Made by a program: the position numbers and the translations under genes. From positions 38,738 to 102,737 of the forward strand of contig CAYLPH010000021.1 in the NCBI GenBank assembly GCA_964385495.1: a DNA stretch of 64,000 nt, written 5' to 3'. The notes beneath the pieces are model-generated. The model made no database searches and was not told the origin of the DNA. It saw only the letters and a program-made list of their open reading frames with translations. Numbering within the stretch: position 1 is the first letter of the stretch; every line of letters starts with the position of its first letter. Of the stretch, positions 8,439-15,207 are shown one piece after another. The stretch is from an uncultured Candidatus Solibacter sp. GTDB lineage: Bacteria; Acidobacteriota; Terriglobia; Bryobacterales; Bryobacteraceae.

Positions 8439-9347
8439 TTCCATCGCGTGGATCACCAGCCCCGCCCGGTCCACGCCCGCATCCATCACTTCGCTCTCAT
8501 GCCCGCGCATGCGGAAGATCTGGCAGACCAGGTCGCAGACGCTTTCGTGACCGCGTTCGAAGAACACCAGGATAGAAGGCCCTGCCCCGGATAACGTGCA
8601 TCCCAGCAGGCCCGGCGCCTTCAGCTTTAGAATCTCTTCCAAGCCCGCCACCAGGCGCGCCCGGTACGGCTGATGTAGCGCATCTTCAAAGGCCAGCGGA
8701 AACGCAGCGCTATTCCCGGTAGCCAGCGCTGCTACCAGCAACGCTGCCCGCTGCACATTGAACACCGTGTCCCGCTTCGAATAGCCGTCCGGCAGAGCCG
8801 CTCGGGCCTTACTGGTCGGCAGGTCGAAATCCGGCACCACCACCGCCACGCCGAAATGCTCCGGCATCTCCAACCGCACGGCGCGCGTCTGCCCGTGGGC
8901 GTCAATCGCGCTGGCTACGATCCCGCCCATTACGGCCGCCGCCACGTTATCCGGATGGCCTTCGATCTGCGCCGCCTCATCCAGAATGCGTGGCGCCTTC
9001 CAGCCCAGACCGAGCAGTTTGTCGGCAATCACGACGCCCGCGGTCAGCGCCGCCGCCGAGGAGCCCAACCCCTTGCCCAGCGGGATGTGATTCTCCACTT
9101 CCAATTCGATTGGCGGCAACGTCTCCTGCTTGTACTCGCGAGCCACGCGCAGCGCCGTCTGCCAGATCAGGTTCTCCTCCGTCTCCGGAATGAGCGCCGC
9201 ATCGCGCCCGGTCACCCGGATGCGCAGCCGCTCCGCCACCCGGAACCGGCACAGGAGAGGGACATCGATCGCCAGACCTAAGCTGTCAAAACCCGGACCG
9301 AGATTCGCACTCGACGCAGGTACGCGAATCGACCAGGCCATAACCAA
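8391..9347 (-). CDS. thrB: homoserine kinase
   Basis: 318-aa ORF. ...VPASSANLGPGFDSLGLAI... and the GHMP motif PLGKGLGSSAAALTAGV are present. The 3' end overlaps the preceding convergent gene by 48 nt. Confidence 0.9.
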   Translation of the reverse strand: MVMAWSIRVPASSANLGPGFDSLGLAIDVPLLCRFRVAERLRIRVTGRDAALIPETEENLIWQTALRVAREYKQETLPPIELEVENHIPLGKGLGSSAAALTAGVVIADKLLGLGWKAPRILDEAAQIEGHPDNVAAAVMGGIVASAIDAHGQTRAVRLEMPEHFGVAVVVPDFDLPTSKARAALPDGYSKRDTVFNVQRAALLVAALATGNSAAFPLAFEDALHQPYRARLVAGLEEILKLKAPGLLGCTLSGAGPSILVFFERGHESVCDLVCQIFRMRGHESEVMDAGVDRAGLVIHAMESWQALEPQSADASGI

Positions 9348-10373
9348 CTAAACGACCTCGTCTTCCAGGACAACCTTGCGGTTCTCGCGGCAAGACTTAT
9401 AGATGGACACCACCAGTTCGAGCGCCCGGTAGCCGTCCTCGCCCGCGGTCAGCGGCTTGCGGTTGTTCTTAATTGCCTCGGCGAAATCGGTGAACTGCCG
9501 CTCGAAAGGCGTCAGTGGGATGGCCATCGGGTCGGACGCGCCGGACATGGTCTGCTTGGCGAGCGGCGCCTCCGGACCCGAGTCGTTCTCCACATCCCAG
9601 GCCGTGAGTTTGTCACCCGTAACGATTGCCGTGCCCTTGGTGCCGTGTATCTCGATGCGTTCCGGATACCCTGGCCAGAAGGCCGTGGATGCCTGAATCA
9701 CGCCCGTGGCCCCGTTGGCAAAGCGCAGAATCGCGTTCACAACGTCTTCGCTTTCGATGGAATGCAGGGCGCCCAACTGCCACACGCCCGATACTTCCTT
9801 CACCCGCCCAATCAGGTACAGCAGCATGTCCACCTGGTGGATGCCCTGGTTGATCAGAGCGCCGCCGCCTTCGGTGGCCCAACTACCCTTGATGGGCCGC
9901 GAATAATACTCCGACGAGCGATACCACTTTACATAGGCGTCGGCCTGCAGAATGGTGCCCAGACGTCCAGCCGGAATCGCCTTCGCGAGGAACTGAATCG
10001 AGTCGTCAAAGCGATGCTGGCTCACTACGTTCAGCATCACGCCGGCGCGGCGGCAGTATCGCACCATGCCCATCGCGGTCTGCAGGTCCGTGGCAATCGG
10101 CTTTTGCACCTGCACATGCTTGCCTGCATCGGCGGCGATCTTCAAGGGTTGGAACCGGAAGTCCGGGAACGTGCAGACATCGATGAAGTCGACGCGGGGG
10201 TGGCGGCACACCTCCTGAAAGGCGGGCACGAACTCGGCTCCGCAGGCTTCGGCGAACTGCTGGCCGCGGTCCGCGCGGTTATCATTGACCACGGTTACTT
10301 CAAAGCCAATGTTCCGGTAGGCCTTTACGTGCATCTGGGCGATCGCCCCGCATCCGATGATTCCGACTCGCAA
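9348..10373 (-). CDS. Gfo/Idh/MocA family NAD(P)-dependent oxidoreductase
   Basis: 341-aa ORF with the Rossmann N-terminus MRVGIIGCGAIAQMHVKAYRNIGFEVTVVND and a typical C-terminal alpha/beta domain. Its stop abuts the thrB start. Confidence 0.85.
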   Translation of the reverse strand: MRVGIIGCGAIAQMHVKAYRNIGFEVTVVNDNRADRGQQFAEACGAEFVPAFQEVCRHPRVDFIDVCTFPDFRFQPLKIAADAGKHVQVQKPIATDLQTAMGMVRYCRRAGVMLNVVSQHRFDDSIQFLAKAIPAGRLGTILQADAYVKWYRSSEYYSRPIKGSWATEGGGALINQGIHQVDMLLYLIGRVKEVSGVWQLGALHSIESEDVVNAILRFANGATGVIQASTAFWPGYPERIEIHGTKGTAIVTGDKLTAWDVENDSGPEAPLAKQTMSGASDPMAIPLTPFERQFTDFAEAIKNNRKPLTAGEDGYRALELVVSIYKSCRENRKVVLEDEVV

Positions 10374-10404
10374 TCGAAGGGTCTCCTCTGCTTGAGTTGA
10401 TCCT

Positions 10405-11508
10405 CTAGGTTATCGCAGATGCCGCCGCCTGAGTGCGCTCCCGATCCAGCAAAACGCGCTTCCGCTCCAGTCCCCAGCGATAGCCGCCCAGCGCCCCTGT
10501 TCCGCGAATCACCCGGTGGCAAGGGATGGCCAAGGCCACCACGTTCGAGGCGCACGCCCGCGCTACCGCCCGCGCCGCCGTCGGCTGCCCGATCGCTTTC
10601 GCCACCTCCTGGTAGCTCTCCACGGAGCCTGGTGGAATCGACTGCAGGTACCGCCACACCTTCATCTGAAACGCCGTGCCGCGCACGTGTACCGGCAAGT
10701 GCAGATCGGGCGCCTGCCCTTCCAGATGCCGGTTGAGTGCCGTCATCCAATTAACAAAGCGCTCCGGCTGCGGATCCGGCATCGCCCGCAAGGTTGCGGC
10801 CGGATACTCCTTCCGCAGCGTCTCTACCAACTCGCGTTCGTTCTCGCCGAACTGCAGGAAGCATAAGCCGCGATCGGTGGCACCCAGGACCAACCAGCCC
10901 AGGGCCGTTCGGGCCGCGGCATAGGTGATCTCCAATCCGCGACCGCCCGCCCGGTACTCCATCGGCGTCATCCCCAGGTGCGTGTCCACCTTCTCGTACA
11001 GGCGGCTCAGCGAGCCGAACCCGGCATCGAAGATCGCCCCCGTGACATCGCCCTCGCCCTTCCGCAGCGACGCCTTGAAACTTTGCAGACGGCAGTTGTC
11101 CAGGTACTGCTTGGGACTGACTCCGACAACGGCTTTGAAGGTCCGCTGCAGGTGTGCCGGGCTCATGCCCGCCTCGCTACCCAGATGCTCCAGGGTCAGC
11201 GATTCGCCGGCGTTCTCTTCGATATAGCGGCACAACGCCAGCATCCGGTCCCGCATGCCCCCGGTATCGAGGGGCTTACAGCGCAGGCAGGCGCGCAGGC
11301 CATCGCGCTCGGCCTCGGCCGGCGTGCGATAGAATCGCACGTTCTGCCGCTTCGGCGTGCGAGCCGCGCAACTTGGACGGCAGTAAACGCCGGTGGTCAA
11401 CACGCCGTAGAGGAACGCCCCGTCCTGGCTGGCATCGCGGCCCAACACGGCCCGCCAGCAAATATCGGCATCCAGCGGCGCCATGGTTCTATTCTCCGCT
11501 ACCTGCAT
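10405..11508 (-). CDS. ada: bifunctional Ada: methylphosphotriester-DNA methyltransferase/AraC-type regulator plus O6-methylguanine-DNA methyltransferase
   Basis: An N-terminal Cys4 Ada zinc domain (YCRPSCAARTPKRQNVRFYRTPAEAERDGLRACLRCKP), an AraC HTH in the middle, and a C-terminal MGMT active site IPCHRVIRGTGALGGYRWG. Confidence 0.88.
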   Translation of the reverse strand: MQVAENRTMAPLDADICWRAVLGRDASQDGAFLYGVLTTGVYCRPSCAARTPKRQNVRFYRTPAEAERDGLRACLRCKPLDTGGMRDRMLALCRYIEENAGESLTLEHLGSEAGMSPAHLQRTFKAVVGVSPKQYLDNCRLQSFKASLRKGEGDVTGAIFDAGFGSLSRLYEKVDTHLGMTPMEYRAGGRGLEITYAAARTALGWLVLGATDRGLCFLQFGENERELVETLRKEYPAATLRAMPDPQPERFVNWMTALNRHLEGQAPDLHLPVHVRGTAFQMKVWRYLQSIPPGSVESYQEVAKAIGQPTAARAVARACASNVVALAIPCHRVIRGTGALGGYRWGLERKRVLLDRERTQAAASAIT

Positions 11509-12149
11509 TACGCTGCCCTCCCGCCGGTCATCATGGTCATGAACTTGGAATCCGCCAAGCGGGAAGGATGCACCTCGCCGCCCAGGTTGAAGAAGCGGCA
11601 GAAGCTCATAATCAGCGGCTGCCAGCGCTCCGGATCGATGTGTGGGCGGCTGCCGGAGCCCACCAGCAGATCCTCATGAACGTGCAGTTTGACGATGTGC
11701 ACTTCGAAGGCATAGGCATTCACGTTGTTGCCGAACGGACGCCACTCGTGGACGATGCCTTCCATCTGTACGGGGCATTCCTCGACGCGGGGCGGCGCGA
11801 CGCTTTCCGATGCCACCGCGGTGAGGCCCGCCGCTCCGAACTTATCGCCTTCATAACGATAGCCCCATTGCCGCTTCTTGTCCGGCACCGGGTCTTTGCC
11901 GGTGGTCAACGCCAGCCGGTCGACATGGCTCACCAGACTGGCCGAAGGCAAGTTGATGACGCATTCCCGCGTGCGGATTAGGTTGTCGGACGTCTGTCCC
12001 ATTTGGCCCAGGCCCAGCATGCAAGTCCAGCCCAGCCACCACGCCGACGACATCGGCGCCAGGTTCGGGCTGCCGTCCGGATTGATCGTGCTCAACAGCG
12101 CCACTGGCGTGCCGAAGTAAAGAATCGTTGGTTCAATCGTGCGATGCAT
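11508..12149 (-). CDS. flavin reductase-like (FMN-binding split-barrel) protein
   Basis: MHRTIEPTILYFGTPVALLSTINPDGSPNLAPMSSAWWLG... is typical of the Flavin_Reduct family. The start is set at the ATG at 12149. Its stop overlaps the ada ATG by 1 nt (TAATG). Confidence 0.75.
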   Translation of the reverse strand: MHRTIEPTILYFGTPVALLSTINPDGSPNLAPMSSAWWLGWTCMLGLGQMGQTSDNLIRTRECVINLPSASLVSHVDRLALTTGKDPVPDKKRQWGYRYEGDKFGAAGLTAVASESVAPPRVEECPVQMEGIVHEWRPFGNNVNAYAFEVHIVKLHVHEDLLVGSGSRPHIDPERWQPLIMSFCRFFNLGGEVHPSRLADSKFMTMMTGGRAA

Positions 12150-12282
12150 GAACCAACAGTAAGGTTTTCCCCGCGGATGGAAACATCCGATTCTTGCGGC
12201 GGAATCCAAGCCGGCGTTCCCATAGGAGACCTACACGGGTCAGCTCCGAAGGAACATCGGTGTCCAGTAGGAACGCCGTCAC
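12133..12282 (-). pseudogene. truncated remnant of a VapC-type PIN toxin
   Basis: A GTG overlaps the antitoxin stop (GTGA at 12279-12282). Translation gives VTAFLLDTDVPSELTRVGLLWERR..., the characteristic PIN N-terminus (xxLLDTNVxSEL) with the first catalytic Asp. It then degenerates and stops after 49 codons, running into the flavin reductase start. Confidence 0.4.
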
Positions 12283-12527
12283 AACTCTACTGGACGACCC
12301 GTATCCGGGTCGCGCTCAAATTTTAGATCGAGACCCTTGAGGGGCGATTCCGCGAAGAGTTGGACAAGGCTTTTTCTTCCTCCGGGCCGCTTGGAAATAG
12401 CACTCTTGGCGGGAGTATGGGTGACCACAAGATCGCGGATCAACGTATCTAGCGGCACACCTTTGGCCTGCGCCTCAGCGAGATACGCCTGTTCGACATC
12501 GGGGGGAAGAATGAGCGTGACGGTCAT
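12279..12527 (-). CDS. type II antitoxin-like protein (VapB-like partner of a PIN toxin)
   Basis: 82-aa ORF. MTVTLILPPDVEQAYLAEAQAKGVPLDTLIRDLVV... with the C-terminal ...SLVQLFAESPLKGLDLKFERDPDTGRPVEL resembles antitoxins found upstream of vapC. Confidence 0.6.
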   Translation of the reverse strand: MTVTLILPPDVEQAYLAEAQAKGVPLDTLIRDLVVTHTPAKSAISKRPGGRKSLVQLFAESPLKGLDLKFERDPDTGRPVEL

Positions 12528-12648
12528 GAAACGGCCTCTGGTTACAGAGTAACGCTACGCCGGCACGGCCGCATTGTCACGCCTGAACCGCGTTACGGTG
12601 GCTGCTTCTAAACGCCGCGCCCACAACGCGCTGCGTTAGAGTGAGGGG

Positions 12649-14184
12649 ATGGCACACCCAGGCGTGAGCAGGCGGTACTTCTTCTTTGGCGCTCTTCTCG
12701 GCGGCGCCGTCCCGGCAGCCGGATTCGGCAGCGTGGCTTCTTTGAAAGCCCTTGGCTACAAGCCCTTCTATAACAAGTTGAACGTCGCGGCCATCGGCTG
12801 CGGCGGGCGCGGCGAGGTCATCCTCAAGGAAGCCGCCGCCACCGAGAACATCGTCGCGCTCTGCGATGTCGACACCGCTCGAGCCGCCTCCGAACTGAAG
12901 GCGCGCAACAAGCTGAACCAATATAAAGACTTCCGCGTCATGCTCGACAAGGAAGGCAAGAATATCGAGGCCTGCACGATCGCCGTCCCCGACTTCATGC
13001 ATGCCACCATCGCCCTCGCCTGCATGCAGCGCGGCATCCACGTCTATTTGGAAAAACCCCTCACCCGCACTCCTTGGGAAGCCCGCCTGCTGCGCGAAGC
13101 CGCCGCCAAGTATAAGGTCGCCACGCAGATGGGGAACCAGGGCTTCTCCCACGAAAGCCATCGGGTAGCCGCCGAGATCGTGTGGTCTGGCGAGATTGGC
13201 GAGGTCACGGAAGCGCACATTTCCACGACGCCGGGCACGCATCCCACGGGTCTGCAATCGCTCCCGCCCGAAGAGTCCGCGCCCGGCACCCTCGACTGGA
13301 ACCTCTGGCTCGGGAGTGCCGGCATGCGGCCGTTCAGTTCCTATTACGTACCTTATAACTGGCGGGGCTTCTACGATTTCGGCACCGGGCAGGTGGGCAA
13401 TTGGGCCACCCACACGGCCGGCCCTGTTCATCATGCCCTGCAGTTGGGCGCCCCCGAGAGCATCGAGTGCGTTTCGCAGGTGAACGCCAGCAAGTACACC
13501 TTCCCTGATCGCGGCGTCGTTCGCCTCGACTTCCCTGCCCGTGGCGGCATGCCCCCGGTCAAGGTTTTCTTCCACGACTCCGCCAAGGCTGGCGAGCCCG
13601 AAGCTTGGGTGGTGCCTGGCATGGAGAATGAGCGCATCCTGCCTCCGCCCGACAACCTTAGCGACAAGGGGCGCCCGATGGGCCGCCCGCGCGGTGGTGG
13701 CAGTCGTCCGGCACAGCCTGCGGCGCCGCGCCCGGTGCAACCAAATGGACAACCCTGGGGCGCCGGCGGACCCGGCGTCCGCGTCTTCGGCAGTGGCCGC
13801 GGCACGCCCGCTCCTGGCGTCCTTTCCGGCAACGGCTCGGTGATGGTAGGCACCAAGGGGATGATTGCCACCTGTGATCGTGGCGAAGGCGTCTGGCTGC
13901 TGCCGTCCGCCCGCTGGCAGGAATACCGCCTGCCGCCACAATTGCTTACCCGCTCGCCGGGACATATGGCGGACTTCCTCCGGGCCTGCAAGGGAGGAGA
14001 TCCGGCTTGCTCCGACTTCGCCATCGCTGGGCCGTATGCCGAGTGGCTGGCAATGATCGGGATTGCCTACCGCGCGCCGGGCAAATTGATGTGGGATGCC
14101 AGGAACGTACGATTCACCAACAGTGCGGAAGCGAACAAGTATGTCAAGCCGGTATTTCGGGCGGGGTGGGAACTGAAGCTGTAG
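12649..14184 (+). CDS. TAT-signal Gfo/Idh/MocA family oxidoreductase
   Basis: 511-aa ORF with a twin-arginine-like leader (SRRYFFFGALLGGAVPAAGFG) and the Rossmann motif LNVAAIGCGGRGEV. A Gly/Pro/Arg-rich insertion sits around nt 13663-13830. Confidence 0.85.
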   Translation: MAHPGVSRRYFFFGALLGGAVPAAGFGSVASLKALGYKPFYNKLNVAAIGCGGRGEVILKEAAATENIVALCDVDTARAASELKARNKLNQYKDFRVMLDKEGKNIEACTIAVPDFMHATIALACMQRGIHVYLEKPLTRTPWEARLLREAAAKYKVATQMGNQGFSHESHRVAAEIVWSGEIGEVTEAHISTTPGTHPTGLQSLPPEESAPGTLDWNLWLGSAGMRPFSSYYVPYNWRGFYDFGTGQVGNWATHTAGPVHHALQLGAPESIECVSQVNASKYTFPDRGVVRLDFPARGGMPPVKVFFHDSAKAGEPEAWVVPGMENERILPPPDNLSDKGRPMGRPRGGGSRPAQPAAPRPVQPNGQPWGAGGPGVRVFGSGRGTPAPGVLSGNGSVMVGTKGMIATCDRGEGVWLLPSARWQEYRLPPQLLTRSPGHMADFLRACKGGDPACSDFAIAGPYAEWLAMIGIAYRAPGKLMWDARNVRFTNSAEANKYVKPVFRAGWELKL

Positions 14185-14228
14185 CGGCGGGGTGCGCGCA
14201 AGAAACATTTCCCCCGCGCCGTGTTTTA
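14185..14228 (+). terminator. candidate intrinsic terminator after the oxidoreductase gene
   Basis: CGGCGGGG (14185-14192) pairs with CCCCCGCGCCG (14211-14221): 8 bp with one bulge. GTGTTTTAT follows. Confidence 0.4.
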
Positions 14229-14320
14229 TCCACACGTTTCTCACAAGCTGCGTTTCGTAACTTGTTGATAGCAGGCCATATAAAGGTTGTGCAAAACACC
14301 CTTTCCCGTGCGTTTTTCTT

Positions 14321-14349
14321 TTGACACCTAAACGAAACAGGCGCATAGT
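14321..14349 (+). promoter_or_regulatory. near-consensus sigma70-type promoter TTGACA-N17-CATAGT
   Basis: A perfect -35 TTGACA at 14321-14326, a 17-nt spacer, and CATAGT at 14344-14349. The expected +1 is about 14355-14357. Confidence 0.45.
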
Positions 14350-14355
14350 GAAGAA

Positions 14356-14915
14356 GGTTCCAAGAGGCACACGGAACAGTGAGCCAAAGGGATCGGGAAA
14401 GTCTGGAACGATGATCCGCCTTGAACACAGGCTTGGCGGGGAGTGAGGGGCTGAAACGGTTCCCGAAGGCAAGCCGCTTCGACAGTGTCTGTACGGTGCG
14501 CGACGCGAACCGCAAGGGGAGCGCGCCGCAGGGTAGCTCGAAAGGGTGGCCCGGCGGGCCGGATCCGGAGGGAGTGATATCCCGAAGGGGAGCGACGGTA
14601 CAGGGAGAGTCGGAGACCGGCGTGGAACAATGCGTGGCGGGAAACTTCGCAAGAGGTGGACGGCGGCGCGGCGGGAAGCGCGGGTTCAGGTCACACAGAT
14701 AGGCCGGGAGCAATGACCTCACCGGGGGGGATCGGGAGACCGAAACTCCATGTGAGCGAGCGAAAGGCCAATGGTGACGGAAGGTTTCAGTCACGCAGCG
14801 GAGGCCGAGGGCGCAATGCCGGAGGCTGATGCTAAGGTGGCTGCCGACTCAAGCCGAGCATGCACGGCGGTTGAGCGCACTGGGAAGCAGGTCACTTGGA
14901 ACCTTTTTCTATTTT
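14356..14915 (+). ncRNA. candidate ~560-nt G/A-rich non-coding RNA or long structured leader (class unknown)
   Basis: No protein-like ORF occurs in any frame. 14350-14364 is complementary to 14895-14909 (9 contiguous WC pairs, extendable to 15 with one G-U), and TTTTTCTATTTT follows. A hand count for 14441-14700 gives G112 A56 C62 T30. There are several GNRA-capped hairpins. See the findings for detail. Confidence 0.4.
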
Positions 14916-14990
14916 CTGGGTTCTCCGTTCGAACTATCGGAACAAAACGCTGGCTTAACGGCTCTATTAGCGGAAAGGGGAAGCCGCAGG

Positions 14991-15170
14991 ATGCGTTGGA
15001 TACTCCCGATACTCGTGCTGCAATCGGCTGGGCTGCCCTCAGCCTTTGCCCTCCATCGCAATCTCCAGGAAACGCTCCAGTCCGCGGCCGCCGCGCCTGA
15101 CTCGGAGATTTACTTCGCTGCTGCCATCGCCCTTGGCATTTTTGCCCTCGCCCGCCGTCGCGTGGCCTAA
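14991..15170 (+). CDS. 59-aa mini-protein with a signal peptide and a PEP-CTERM-like C-terminal sorting signal
   Basis: MRWILPILVLQSAGLPSAFA/LHRNLQETLQSAAAA-PDSE-IYFAAAIALGIFAL-ARRRVA. This reads as a Sec signal, ~15 mature residues, a PEP-like motif, a TM helix and an Arg cluster. The purine-rich stretch GGAAAGGGGAAGCCGCAGG lies immediately upstream of the ATG. Confidence 0.45.
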   Translation: MRWILPILVLQSAGLPSAFALHRNLQETLQSAAAAPDSEIYFAAAIALGIFALARRRVA

Positions 15171-15207
15171 CCCCCTTCTCCAAAATTCTGGTAACATTGC
15201 AGTCCAA

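Noticed and set aside
14571-14592. Mutually exclusive hairpins GGGA-GUGAUA-UCCC and UCCC-GAAG-GGGA as a riboswitch-like toggle
   Set aside because: The stems are only 4 bp long in a G-rich context, which is easily produced by chance. This is noted only as part of the larger RNA candidate.
14380-14625. Local resemblances to known RNAs: GGGAAAGUCUGG versus the RNase P CR-I GGAAAGUCCGG, GGGGCUGAAAC...UUCGAC versus a tmRNA 5' end, and GAGUCGGAGACCGGC versus the cobalamin B12 box
   Set aside because: No companion element is present in any case. There is no CCAGAC partner for a P4 helix and no GUAAGAGC or ACAGAACCCGGCUUA block. There is no tRNA-like 3' end or tag ORF. There is no GCCACUG or GGUGAAAAUCC core. 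These are short matches only, as expected in G-rich sequence.
12577-14652. 691-aa ORF on the minus strand, the longest ORF in this region
   Set aside because: It is antisense to the well-supported TAT Gfo/Idh/MocA gene. Its translation is Arg/Ala/Gly/Pro-rich with no domain-like blocks. This is a typical high-GC shadow ORF.
14144-14794. 216-aa minus-strand ORF covering much of the ORF-free gap
   Set aside because: The translation (..SRSPPVRSLLPAYLCDLNPRFPPRRRPPLAKFPATHCSTPVSDSPC..) is Pro/Ser/Arg-rich junk without hydrophobic periodicity. It overlaps the 3' end of the oxidoreductase gene and is best explained by the C/T-rich composition of that strand.
14829-14990. N-terminal 54-codon extension of the mini PEP-CTERM ORF (track ORF 14829-15170)
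   Set aside because: The extension crosses the U-tract and the terminal helix of the candidate RNA and is not protein-like. The internal ATG at 14991 gives a clean signal peptide and has a purine-rich SD region.
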